Shown here piece after piece: positions 27,283 to 36,749 of a DNA stretch of 64,000 bases. A program made the position numbers and the translations under genes. Below the pieces are notes generated by a model. The model searched no databases, was not told the DNA's origin, and saw only the letters and a list, made by a program, of their open reading frames with translations. Source of the stretch: Patescibacteria group bacterium (lineage in GTDB: Bacteria; Patescibacteriota; Minisyncoccia; Phycocordibacterales; PALSA-1337). The DNA lies in the NCBI GenBank assembly GCA_038065395.1, contig JBBTRB010000003.1:85800-149799 (forward strand), read 5' to 3'. Numbering within the stretch: position 1 is the stretch's first letter; each line of letters opens with the position of its first letter.

Positions 27283-27783
27283 ATGATCATCCTCGGCATT
27301 GACCCCGGTTACGATAGACTTGGCATTGCAGTCATCGAGAAGCCGGCTCGAGGCAAAGAGCTTGTCTTGTATTCGGATTGTTTCCAAACGTCCGCGACCG
27401 ACACTATATACGAACGATTCCGCCAACTCGGCTCAGAGATGTCTCGAGTCTTGGAGCAATTCAAACCCGACGTCATGGCACTCGAAACCCTCTTCATGTC
27501 CAAGAACCAAAAGACCGGCATGCGCGTATCAGAAGCCCGTGGCATCATCATCCATGAAGCAGTCAAGAGAGACGTGCCTGTCCATGAATACAGTCCGGGC
27601 CAGATCAAGATGGCGGTAACCGGAGACGGAACGAGCGACAAAACCCGGATGATCCGCATGGTGCATATGCTCGTATCACTTCCAGAGAAAAAAACCCGCG
27701 ATGATGAGTATGACGCGATAGCGGTAGCGCTTACCTGTAGTGCGCACCAAAAAAATTCAACTATTCAAGCATTGAAAGATTGA
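27283..27783 (+). CDS. ruvC: Crossover junction endodeoxyribonuclease RuvC
   Basis: ILGIDPG, EARG, YSPGQIK.AVTG.G..DK, DD..DAIAVA. Confidence 0.96.
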   Translation: MIILGIDPGYDRLGIAVIEKPARGKELVLYSDCFQTSATDTIYERFRQLGSEMSRVLEQFKPDVMALETLFMSKNQKTGMRVSEARGIIIHEAVKRDVPVHEYSPGQIKMAVTGDGTSDKTRMIRMVHMLVSLPEKKTRDDEYDAIAVALTCSAHQKNSTIQALKD

Positions 27784-27911
27784 GGGTTTCGAATTGTTTA
27801 ATTGTTAAATAGTTCAATATATAACTATCCCCAGCTTCTTTTTCTTGCAAAAAATACTGAGCTTTGTTACAACTGTGGCATATCCCTATTATTGAGTATT
27901 AAGCCCCGAGC

Positions 27912-28145
27912 ATGCCGAGAATAAAAACGACAAAAGCAAAAGAGACGAGCGCTTCATCTGAACCAGAAAAAATCGATGAGAAAATTCTTGAAGATGCCAC
28001 AGAAGTTGAAACAGCTGACATCGAGGACAAGACCGATGTTCCTATCGTTCCGATCGTGGACGCAGAAGAAGATGAGCTCGCTGAAGATGAAGATACTCTC
28101 GACACAGAAGAGATTGACCCCTTTGGTGATACATGGGAACAATAA
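27912..28145 (+). CDS. Small highly acidic hypothetical protein
   Basis: 77 aa, basic N-terminus then D/E-rich, ends DPFGDTWEQ; upstream TTGCAA...TACAAC promoter-like element. Confidence 0.65.
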   Translation: MPRIKTTKAKETSASSEPEKIDEKILEDATEVETADIEDKTDVPIVPIVDAEEDELAEDEDTLDTEEIDPFGDTWEQ

Positions 28146-28173
28146 GTTCCGCCGAGTGGTATACTATATATCT

Positions 28174-30696
28174 ATGATACGAAAACGCATCCGGAAGCAT
28201 CATCTGCGATCCGGTCTTTTGCTTGGAATCTCCTTTGGTCTGATAGTGACCGGTTTTGTGGCACTTTGGGTCGCTACACTACCGATGCCCGACCTTCACT
28301 CTTTCGAGAATCGCCAGATGCCGGAATCAACCAAGATTTATGATCGCACAGGCACGATCCTCCTCTATGATACCGGTACGAATGCAAAACGCACCGCCGT
28401 TCCCCTCTCCGAAATATCTCCTCTGATCCAAAATGCAACTATCGCCATAGAAGACTCAGACTTTTATACGAATATCGGTATCGAACCAATGTCGATCATT
28501 CGTGCGGTCTTGGCCAACATTGTATCCGGTGAATACGCACAAGGTGCCTCGACGATCACCCAACAAGTAGTCAAAAATTCTCTCCTGACTAAAGACAAGA
28601 CTATCACTCGTAAGATCAAAGAATGGGTCCTCGCTATCAAGCTCACCCGTGTCCTGAGCAAAGACGACATCCTCGAAACATATCTCAACGAAACTCCGTA
28701 TGGAGGCACTATCTATAGTGTCGAAGAAGCCAGTCGTGCATTCTTCGGCAGACCTGCGAAAGACGTCACTCTGGCACAGGCGGCATATCTCGGTGCGATC
28801 CCTCAGGCACCTACCTACTATTCTCCGTATGGCACACACAGAGAAGATCTCGATGCACGCAAGAACCTCGTCCTCTCACGCATGAAGACGCTCGGCATGA
28901 TATCAGAAGAAGAATACACCCAAGCAAAAGAAGAGGTTGTGCAGTTCTTGTCCAAAAATGAAGGCATACGTGCCCCCCACTTTGTGATGATGGTACGTGA
29001 ATATATCACCCAAAAATACGGCGAAGAACGTGCGAGCCGCGGCGGACTCCGCGTGATCACCTCTCTCGACTATACGATGCAAGAGAAGATGCAAGGCACT
29101 ATATCTCGATTCGCACCATCGCTTGAGACCAACTTCAATGCCAGTAACACTGCAATGGTCGCGCTCGACCCCAAGACTGGTGATATCTGGGCACTGGTCG
29201 GCTCTCGAGATTATTTTGATGCCGCAATCGACGGCAACTACAACATCGCACTAGCAAAACGCCAGCCAGGTTCGACCTTCAAGCCTTTTGTCTACGCCAA
29301 TATGTTTGCACTCGGCTATACCCCAGACACCGTACTCTTTGACGTAAAGACGGAATTCTCCACGCTCTGTACTGTGGAGGGTAAACCCAAGAAGTCCGAA
29401 GATGATCCCAAGAAGGTCTGTTACTCACCGGTTGAATATGACGGTCTATTCCCAGGGCCTATGTCGATCCGTGAAGCATTGGCGCATTCTCGTAACGTAC
29501 CTGCCGTCAAAGCCTTGTACCTCAGTGGTATTCCTCGGGCGCTCAAGATCGCGCGCGACATGGGTATCACCACCTTCACCGATCCAGATCGCTACGGCCT
29601 TACTCTCGTTCTTGGAGGCGGAGAGGTTACTCTTCTCGATCTGACCAGTGCTTATGGAGTCTTCGCCAATGATGGTGTCCGCAACCCATATCGATATGTT
29701 CTCGAAGTCTGGGATGGCGACCAGAAGCTCGAAGAAGCAGGCACTCGACCGAACCAGGTGATCCCTCCAGAGATAGCCCGCCAAGTATCGGATATCTTGT
29801 CTGACAACAAAGTCCGCATGGATAGTCTCAAACCGATCGCTGACAGTGTCGGAAGACAAGTCGCCATCAAAACCGGTACTACCAACGACTTCCGTGATGT
29901 ATGGACGCTCGGATACACACCAAATCTTGTGGTTGGTGCATGGGCTGGCAAGAACGACAACACAGCGATGGATCACAATGTTGCAGGTCTCATCATCTCT
30001 CCTGTCTGGGGTGCATTCGTATCCGATGCAGTCAAAGACCTCTCTCGTGAGAATTTCAAAACTCCTCCTGCACCGATCACCGACAACAAGCCAGTTCTCC
30101 ATGGTGTCTGGCAAGGAGGCGTATCATATTGGATCGACTCAGTATCCGGAAAATTGGCCACAGAATACACCCCAACCGAAACCAGACGAGAGGTCGTCGC
30201 CAACAGTGTACATTCCATACTCCACTGGGTAGACAAGGACGATCCGTCTGGCCCTGCACCCAAAGATCCCAAAGACGACTCTCAATACGAATATTGGGAA
30301 TATGGTGTACGTGCATGGTTCGACACTTGGAAACAAAGTAACCCTTCCTTCATAGAGAACAACACCGTAGTCATCCCCAAAGACAAAGACGACATCCATG
30401 GTCCTGATAAAGCCATCTCGATCAGGATCATAAGTCCAACCGCAAGTACCACTGTGGATCGCCACAATCTCCTTTCGATGCGTCTCCAGGCGGCATCAAG
30501 CAAGAATAAAATAGTTAAAACAGAAGTCTACCTCAACAACAAGTACGTACTGACTGCTGAGAGAGATCCTCTCAACTTCTCTTTCGTACCGAATGATGCA
30601 GGCGCCGTGTCTGGCAAGAATACCCTCCTCGTCCGCACATACGACGATGTATACAACAAGGGCGAAGCTACTCTCGAGTTCAACGTATCTCAGTAA
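28174..30696 (+). CDS. Class A penicillin-binding protein (transglycosylase/transpeptidase) with C-terminal Ig-like domain
   Basis: IAIEDSDFY, GASTITQQVVKN, RKIKE, RQPGSTFKP (SxxK), SRN (SxN), KTGT. Confidence 0.94.
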   Translation: MIRKRIRKHHLRSGLLLGISFGLIVTGFVALWVATLPMPDLHSFENRQMPESTKIYDRTGTILLYDTGTNAKRTAVPLSEISPLIQNATIAIEDSDFYTNIGIEPMSIIRAVLANIVSGEYAQGASTITQQVVKNSLLTKDKTITRKIKEWVLAIKLTRVLSKDDILETYLNETPYGGTIYSVEEASRAFFGRPAKDVTLAQAAYLGAIPQAPTYYSPYGTHREDLDARKNLVLSRMKTLGMISEEEYTQAKEEVVQFLSKNEGIRAPHFVMMVREYITQKYGEERASRGGLRVITSLDYTMQEKMQGTISRFAPSLETNFNASNTAMVALDPKTGDIWALVGSRDYFDAAIDGNYNIALAKRQPGSTFKPFVYANMFALGYTPDTVLFDVKTEFSTLCTVEGKPKKSEDDPKKVCYSPVEYDGLFPGPMSIREALAHSRNVPAVKALYLSGIPRALKIARDMGITTFTDPDRYGLTLVLGGGEVTLLDLTSAYGVFANDGVRNPYRYVLEVWDGDQKLEEAGTRPNQVIPPEIARQVSDILSDNKVRMDSLKPIADSVGRQVAIKTGTTNDFRDVWTLGYTPNLVVGAWAGKNDNTAMDHNVAGLIISPVWGAFVSDAVKDLSRENFKTPPAPITDNKPVLHGVWQGGVSYWIDSVSGKLATEYTPTETRREVVANSVHSILHWVDKDDPSGPAPKDPKDDSQYEYWEYGVRAWFDTWKQSNPSFIENNTVVIPKDKDDIHGPDKAISIRIISPTASTTVDRHNLLSMRLQAASSKNKIVKTEVYLNNKYVLTAERDPLNFSFVPNDAGAVSGKNTLLVRTYDDVYNKGEATLEFNVSQ

Positions 30697-30940
30697 CTCT
30701 GGTCTTGCCCAACAATGTATTGATCTCTGCGATCAATCCATTCCTTTTGATGAAAATCTCATTACGAGCCGCCTGACTGATGCCTTGTAGAGTCACCTTT
30801 GTGGATTGTATGTGTATAGCCTCTAGAGGTACTTCTATAGAAATGTGTTTTTTTACGACCTCTGCTATGGTCGCATGGATGAAGAAGCTCCCTGCACGTG
30901 CGTTTTGTATCTTCTTGAAGAAGTCTCCGATACTGCGCAT
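30680..30940 (-). CDS. Small protein downstream of dnaN, possibly DciA/DUF721-like
   Basis: 86 aa ending SQAARNEIFIKRNGLIAEINTLLGKTRVTEIR; position in the dnaA-dnaN operon. Confidence 0.5.
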   Translation of the reverse strand: MRSIGDFFKKIQNARAGSFFIHATIAEVVKKHISIEVPLEAIHIQSTKVTLQGISQAARNEIFIKRNGLIAEINTLLGKTRVTEIR

Positions 30941-30944
30941 AGTG

Positions 30945-32048
30945 TTAGCGGTTCATCGGCATCGCGAGATACATGAAGGTCTGATCCCCTGACACAGGTC
31001 GGATGACCATAGGACGATTCGGCCCACTGATCTGGAACGATACACTGTCAGCGTCGATCGACTGGAAACAATCGGCGATATATTTGCAGTTAAAATTGAT
31101 CTCTACCTTATCCCCTGTCAAAGCCGCATCTATGGTCGTACTGTTCTCACCAATATCACTGTTCTTGGTCTGAATTTCGAGCGTCTTGTTCTTGGGATCA
31201 ACGATCAGTCGTATCTGGTTGAACTTATCAGAAAATATGTTGGATATCTTGAGACTATTGAGGATGTCTTGCTTCAGGAATACCGCTTCGGTAACGAAAG
31301 ATTTTGGGATGATCTGTCGATAATCCGGGAAAACTCCGTCAGTAACGCGAGATACGAGATATATTCCCTTCGACTCGAAAGATATGAGGTTCTTGTTCAT
31401 TCGAACATCTGATGTACCCCCTATCACCTCCAAAGTTCTTACCAAGTCTGAAATATTCTTGAAAGGAACCAGGATATCATTCACATGGAGAGATTGTGGT
31501 GCTTTTATCTTCTTTTCCGCCAAGCGGAATGAGTCTGTGGCCGCAAACACGACGTTTTCCTCGTCTCGGTATATATACACACTCGAAAGTTCTGGTTTTA
31601 CACTCGATACCGAGGCGCTATACCATACCGATCGCAAACCTTTGACGAAAAGCTCTGTAGGCAAAGGAGTCGCATCCTCTGTTACCCGAGGAATACTCGG
31701 AAAATCCTCAGAAGGAACGGTTTTGATGGTGCATTTTGATTTTGCAGATGTTACGAGCATGTTTCCTGATACAAGCTCGAGAGTCACTGTAGGGTTCTGG
31801 TCAGGAAGCTGAGAAATGAAAGCTGAGATAACCTGAGCTGGTATAGCGACCACCCCTTCCCCTTCTACCTTGGCAGGAATAGTGACTTCGATACCAATGT
31901 CGAGGTTGGTTGCCCGTAGAACAACTTCGCCTTTCTTGGCCTCAAAAAGGATACAAGAAAGAACGGGTAGAGTTGCATGCTTGCCAGAAATCTTCTCTAC
32001 TAAGGAAATCGATTCTTTGAGTTTCTTTGTTTGAGTTTCTATTTTCAT
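30945..32048 (-). CDS. dnaN: DNA polymerase III beta sliding clamp
   Basis: LPVLSCIL, ATNLD, ATDSFRLA, FPDYRQIIP, C-terminal MPM. Confidence 0.97.
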   Translation of the reverse strand: MKIETQTKKLKESISLVEKISGKHATLPVLSCILFEAKKGEVVLRATNLDIGIEVTIPAKVEGEGVVAIPAQVISAFISQLPDQNPTVTLELVSGNMLVTSAKSKCTIKTVPSEDFPSIPRVTEDATPLPTELFVKGLRSVWYSASVSSVKPELSSVYIYRDEENVVFAATDSFRLAEKKIKAPQSLHVNDILVPFKNISDLVRTLEVIGGTSDVRMNKNLISFESKGIYLVSRVTDGVFPDYRQIIPKSFVTEAVFLKQDILNSLKISNIFSDKFNQIRLIVDPKNKTLEIQTKNSDIGENSTTIDAALTGDKVEINFNCKYIADCFQSIDADSVSFQISGPNRPMVIRPVSGDQTFMYLAMPMNR

Positions 32049-32286
32049 AAGTATTCTTTATATTAAACAAAACTTTTCGTTATTAGGGATGTGGAAAAGT
32101 GGATAACGTGATAAAAAGGCTCAACGGTAAGGTCAAATGAGAAGATCTATTCTGGGTATAACCTGAAGATCTTCGGGTGGTGTGTGAGTAGGTTCTCATG
32201 GTGGTGAAGTTATACTATTCTTATTCCTGATTTGTTCCGTACTTATTATCGACTTTTCCTTGAGATAACCACAGGTTAATCCACAG
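32049..32286. other. Candidate replication origin oriC (dnaA-dnaN intergenic)
   Basis: AT-rich tract 32049-32085 and DnaA-box-like 9-mers TGTGGAAAA (32090), AGTGGATAA (32099), TGGGTATAA (~32153), ATAACCACA (~32265), TAATCCACA (~32277). Confidence 0.7.
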
Positions 32287-33636
32287 TTATATCATCGACC
32301 GGATCTGTGTGACCTCCTGAGTCAGGACACTGTCGGACTTGAGTTCTTCTTTGACCTTCTCGTAGGAGTGGATGACGGTAGTATGGTCTCTTCCTCCGAG
32401 TTTCTCCCCTATTGAAGGGAAAGATATGCCAAAGTCTTCTCGGAGGATATACATGACCATTTGTCGTGGGCGTACGATCTCTTTGCGGCGAGTCTTGTCG
32501 TATATGCTTTGTTCGTCGATATTGTAGAAATCAGACACGATCTTGACGACTTCCTTCACCGAGACCATCTTTTTTGGTCGAGTGTTGTTCTTGAGGATGT
32601 TCTTGATCTCATTGAGGTTGAGCTCTTTGTTCTTGAGCTGTGTCTGGCAGGCCACGATGTTCACTACTCCCTCTATCTCACGGATATTGTCCTGGATCGA
32701 AGAAGCGAGGAACTCCATGAGCTCCAAAGGAAGGGTTATGTTGTGTGTGGCGCATTTGGTACGGACGATGGCCATACGAGACTCTTGGTCTGGTTCGGGG
32801 ATATCGACCGACATGCCGGCATTGAAACGGCTACGAACACGCTCCTCGAGGCCAGGAATGACGTTGGGGTGTTTGTCAGATGAGAAGATGAGCTGTCTCC
32901 CTGAGTCTTTGAAGGTATTGAATAGGTGGAAGAATTCTTCTTGGAATTTCTCTTTGCTCGAGAAGAACTGCACGTCGTCCATGATGACTACGTCGTATTT
33001 GCGATATTTCTCCTTGAAAGCCTGAGCCTTGCCTTCTTGGAGGGCACTGAGGAACTCGGAACCAAATCGTTCTGAAGTGAGGTAGTAGATCTTCTTGTTC
33101 GGGAATGCAGTCTTGATCTGATTGCCGATGGCTTGGATAAGGTGTGTTTTGCCACGACCAGGACCTCCATATATGAGGAGTGGGTTGTACATCTGGCCGG
33201 GACTCTTGATGACGGTCTGAGAGGCGGCATGAGCGAGCTCATTGAATGGTCCAACAATGAAATTTTCGAAGGTATAGCGAGGGTTGAGGTTGTTCTCCTT
33301 GTCGATATAGAAATCCTGCAGTGGCATGGCCATCGTCGGCATCATGACGGGCTTCTTGCCACGAGAAGAGTCGCCTTTTGAGCCGGATTCTTTCTCGATA
33401 ACATACTCGAGAGCTCTTACCTGTTCATTTGTCTGGCGCAAAATACGCAAAATCGAGTTGTGGAACTTCTTGACCAGCCATTCTTGAGTGAAAGAGTTAG
33501 GAACTCCGAGATATACTACCCCCTCTTCTTCTTTGATGATGCGAGTTTCTTTGAACCACGTGGAGAAGTTAGCCTGCGAAACAGCAGTTTCTATTTCTAC
33601 GAGAGCAGTCTGCCACATTTTGGAGTAGTCATGCAT
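32287..33636 (-). CDS. dnaA: Chromosomal replication initiator DnaA
   Basis: LNPRYTFENF, YNPLLIYGGPGRGKTHL, DDVQF, GGRDHTTVIHS. Confidence 0.97.
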   Translation of the reverse strand: MHDYSKMWQTALVEIETAVSQANFSTWFKETRIIKEEEGVVYLGVPNSFTQEWLVKKFHNSILRILRQTNEQVRALEYVIEKESGSKGDSSRGKKPVMMPTMAMPLQDFYIDKENNLNPRYTFENFIVGPFNELAHAASQTVIKSPGQMYNPLLIYGGPGRGKTHLIQAIGNQIKTAFPNKKIYYLTSERFGSEFLSALQEGKAQAFKEKYRKYDVVIMDDVQFFSSKEKFQEEFFHLFNTFKDSGRQLIFSSDKHPNVIPGLEERVRSRFNAGMSVDIPEPDQESRMAIVRTKCATHNITLPLELMEFLASSIQDNIREIEGVVNIVACQTQLKNKELNLNEIKNILKNNTRPKKMVSVKEVVKIVSDFYNIDEQSIYDKTRRKEIVRPRQMVMYILREDFGISFPSIGEKLGGRDHTTVIHSYEKVKEELKSDSVLTQEVTQIRSMI

Positions 33637-33747
33637 AAAATAGGTGCTATAAGTATATACCTGTTTATAGTTCTGCAAACTTGTGGAGGACGTAAAGTTA
33701 TGTTGATAAGTTGGGGACACGAAGTTTTGTTGTTTATTATGTCATTC

Positions 33748-33916
33748 GCGCCGGCGCAGGAGGCGTGTTGTCTCAACCCACGATCGACTTTGCTCACAAG
33801 AACTGAACTGTTCGCAAAGTCGTCTTTTCTCGGCGACGTCTAAGGTAGTCATTATTATCCTTGTGGACACGTCGCCTGCGAAGAGGGTTTCGTCAACACG
33901 CCTCCTGCGCCGGCGC
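33748..33916 (-). ncRNA. Structured element copy A (candidate RNA or non-autonomous mobile element) between dnaA and rpmH
   Basis: Perfect 23-bp outer inverted repeat (33748-33770/33894-33916) enclosing two inner stems; core homologous to 49649-49815. Confidence 0.55.
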
Positions 33917-33951
33917 TTGCCTTTTTAGCAAAATAATGTAATATTCTACAC

Positions 33952-34086
33952 ATGTCAGTCACGTATCAACCAAAGAAACGCAAGCGCGCAAAGACACACG
34001 GCTTCCGTGTGCGCATGAAGACCACCTCAGGTCGCAAGGCTATTGCTCGCCGTCGTGCGAAAGGTCGCAAGCGCCTCGCTGTATAA
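33952..34086 (+). CDS. rpmH: 50S ribosomal protein L34
   Basis: Manual translation [44 protein letters not shown] (44 aa, below ORF-track cutoff). Confidence 0.97.
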   Translation: MSVTYQPKKRKRAKTHGFRVRMKTTSGRKAIARRRAKGRKRLAV

Positions 34087-34089
34087 GGC

Positions 34090-34425
34090 ATGCTTCCACG
34101 CTCACACAAACTTTCGGCTCACGATGTTGTGTATATTATGGAAAAGGGACGAGTAGCACACTCTCCCCTTTTTACGTTACGGTGGGTACCTGCCGAAGGT
34201 CATACTCGTATCTCGGCGATCGTCCCCAAGAAAACCGCCAAGATGGCTGTCGGACGCACTGGTCTCCGACGCAAGATATATCATGCTCTACGAGAGCTCT
34301 ATCCACGGATCGTCTCTGGCTTCAAGATCGCTGTTCTTGCGAAAACATCAGCGACAGATCTTACTCAAGAAGAAATCGCTCGTGGTATTACCGAGGCTTT
34401 CTCCAAAGCCAGACTCATAGCTTAG
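34090..34425 (+). CDS. rnpA: Ribonuclease P protein component
   Basis: MLPRSHKL...ISAIVPKK.AK.AVGRTGLRRKI (RNR-motif variant); follows rpmH. Confidence 0.85.
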   Translation: MLPRSHKLSAHDVVYIMEKGRVAHSPLFTLRWVPAEGHTRISAIVPKKTAKMAVGRTGLRRKIYHALRELYPRIVSGFKIAVLAKTSATDLTQEEIARGITEAFSKARLIA

Positions 34426-34474
34426 GCTAACCCACTATCTTCACCTGCTTCGATAGTGTATATTTATCTTCTAT

Positions 34475-35233
34475 ATGTACCACGAACTCATCTTTCGCCC
34501 CCTCTACAACGGCCTGATCGGCATCATGGATATCCTTCCATTTGTTGATATCGGCATAGCCGTTATCATATTTACAGTTGTGGTGAAGGTCATCCTCTTC
34601 CCTCTTTCCAAATCCTCGATCCTCACCCAGATCCGCATGAAGGAAGTTGAACCTGAGATGAACAAGATCAAAGCCGAATACGCCAAAGATCGTCAGCTCC
34701 AAGCCATGAAGGTCATGGAACTCTACAAGACAAAGGGTATCCGTCCATTCGCAGGCATTCTTCTCCTTTTCATACAGCTCCCCTTCCTCTTTGCCCTCAT
34801 CTCAGTCTTTTACAAGATCATACCTACAGTGAACCCAGATTTCCTCTATAGCTTCATCTCTGCGCCAGACATCTCGACACGAATATACTTCTTGGGACTG
34901 ATCGATCTCTCTCAGAAGAGCTTCATCCTCGCGCTCCTGACAGGAGTATTGCAGTTCCTCCAGATCCACTATTCCCCTGCGATGCGTCAGAGCAAAAAGG
35001 CTGTGGTTGTTCCAGGAACCGAGAATGATTTCTCCACACAACTCGCTGGCTCTATGCAAAAGCAGATGAAGTTCATGCTCCCTATCATCGCATTCGCCTC
35101 TACCTACTGGCTGATCCCGATGAGTTTCCCTCAGGCGGCCGCGATCATCGCTATATATTGGTCTACAAGTACCGTTTTCACTCTGGCACAAGAGATCTAT
35201 ATTCGCAGACAGTATGAGAAGAAGAGGGTTTAG
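34475..35233 (+). CDS. yidC: Membrane protein insertase YidC (short form)
   Basis: GIAVIIFTVVVKVILFPL, MELYK..GIRPF, IQLP, IYWSTS..F...QE. Confidence 0.93.
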   Translation: MYHELIFRPLYNGLIGIMDILPFVDIGIAVIIFTVVVKVILFPLSKSSILTQIRMKEVEPEMNKIKAEYAKDRQLQAMKVMELYKTKGIRPFAGILLLFIQLPFLFALISVFYKIIPTVNPDFLYSFISAPDISTRIYFLGLIDLSQKSFILALLTGVLQFLQIHYSPAMRQSKKAVVVPGTENDFSTQLAGSMQKQMKFMLPIIAFASTYWLIPMSFPQAAAIIAIYWSTSTVFTLAQEIYIRRQYEKKRV

Positions 35234-35259
35234 GGTGTCTGTGTCATTCCTGCTTCTCT

Positions 35260-35446
35260 TGTCATCCCCGCGAAAGCGGGGATCCAGAGGCAAGGGCGTG
35301 GCTACTGACTTATATCTATATCATCACAAACTATTAGGGACCATCCCTGTAATTGCATGCCGAACCTGTCACGTTCAGCGAAGATATAGATTAATCGGAC
35401 TATATACTGGAAGTGATCCTGGATCCCCGCTTTCGCGGGGATGACA
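35260..35446 (+). mobile_element. 187-bp MITE-like derivative of the GIY-YIG element
   Basis: 28-bp palindromic TIRs at 35260-35287 and 35419-35446; interior encodes remnant TYIYIITN; homologous to 62618-62804. Confidence 0.8.
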
Positions 35447-35451
35447 CAGTA

Positions 35452-36747
35452 CTAATTACTGGACACCAGATCCAACGACCACAATGATAGGTCGTTTTTG
35501 TTCATGAAGAAAAGGAAGTCGTCACGTTCGTCGAGTTGAAGATTGAAAGAGTTGATGATTCGATCTGCCTTGTCAGAGAGCGAAGTCACAAGACGCACCT
35601 CACCTGTCGTTGCATTCACATCCCATATTTTGTCACTGGTTGATACAGTCCCCTTGTACCAGTCATCTGGATACGAAGCGTCGGGGAAAGATGTAGGAAC
35701 CCCACAATAGACGATGTGTTTGTAGAAATTACCCCAGACACATTTCTCGGCAAGCGTTTTGATACCTGGATCGAGGGTCTTTTCGGTACTGACAGTGTAG
35801 AGTGCCGAAGAGATCATTCCTGCCTGGTCGGTGAATGAAGCGAAGACCTGTTTTGCATCATGACTAGTACGAGTGGTAAGACCGACGGTTGGGCCGAGGA
35901 CTTTCTTCCATATACCGGTCTTTGGATTGACGAAATAGAGGAAGCCGCTTTGTTGAGAAGATGCTTTTGTAGTAAGGGTGATGGTGTTCTCTTCTGGCCA
36001 TTCGGCTACGAGCTGTGTCAGAGGTGTGTCGAATATACGTGTGATAGCCGAACCCTGGAATGTAGAGACGTACCCAACTCCCCTACCGTTCTCCTCGATG
36101 AGCATGAATACCTTGTCCTTTCGGGGTGAGGTTGCATACGAGATGATATTCGGAGGGAGTTTTTGACCCTTGAGTTCATACGGAGTTGTGCCAAGAGACT
36201 CTGGTGTCGAGGTGCCAACAGTCTTGGTTCGGATCAGTCCTGCATAAAGAGTTGTTGCTACCTCGGTGGTTTCTTCGAGTACAGAGGCGATGAATGCTGA
36301 CAGGTCTCTGTTCCATAGGCTCGTATAGGTGCGCGGTACAACTGTGTTGGAGAGTACGGAGGTGTCGAGTGTGTCACTGTGAGCTTCGATGACATTGCCA
36401 CGACCACGATCTACCCAGCGTACGAAGGTGGTCCGGGCAGTGGTGCTCGCACCGTACCCACCGACAGGTGTGTCACTCAAGAGTCGTAGGCTTGGAATAA
36501 CGACGACAGGCTGTTGCTGGGTCGAAGTTGCCTGTGAGGTCGGTTCGCCGGTACTCGGTGTCTGGGTCGGCATGTTCCCTGTTGAAGGACGGTTGAGAGG
36601 TTGGAAACCCGTGATACGACCGATCGGGTCAATGGTCTGGGTTACGGAGTTGCTTGTAGGTGCAATGAACCAATACGCAAAACCCGCAAGGATGATTACC
36701 AGGAGAAGTGTTGCTATAAGAAGGATTGTTTTTTTCTTTGATGACAT
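35452..36747 (-). CDS. Membrane-anchored extracellular protein, probable beta-propeller, end of T4SS-associated cluster
   Basis: N-terminal TM, P/T/Q linker, repeated beta-rich blades, TLAEKCVW...CGVP..PDDWYKG. Confidence 0.65.
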   Translation of the reverse strand: MSSKKKTILLIATLLLVIILAGFAYWFIAPTSNSVTQTIDPIGRITGFQPLNRPSTGNMPTQTPSTGEPTSQATSTQQQPVVVIPSLRLLSDTPVGGYGASTTARTTFVRWVDRGRGNVIEAHSDTLDTSVLSNTVVPRTYTSLWNRDLSAFIASVLEETTEVATTLYAGLIRTKTVGTSTPESLGTTPYELKGQKLPPNIISYATSPRKDKVFMLIEENGRGVGYVSTFQGSAITRIFDTPLTQLVAEWPEENTITLTTKASSQQSGFLYFVNPKTGIWKKVLGPTVGLTTRTSHDAKQVFASFTDQAGMISSALYTVSTEKTLDPGIKTLAEKCVWGNFYKHIVYCGVPTSFPDASYPDDWYKGTVSTSDKIWDVNATTGEVRLVTSLSDKADRIINSFNLQLDERDDFLFFMNKNDLSLWSLDLVSSN

Positions 36748-36749
36748 GG

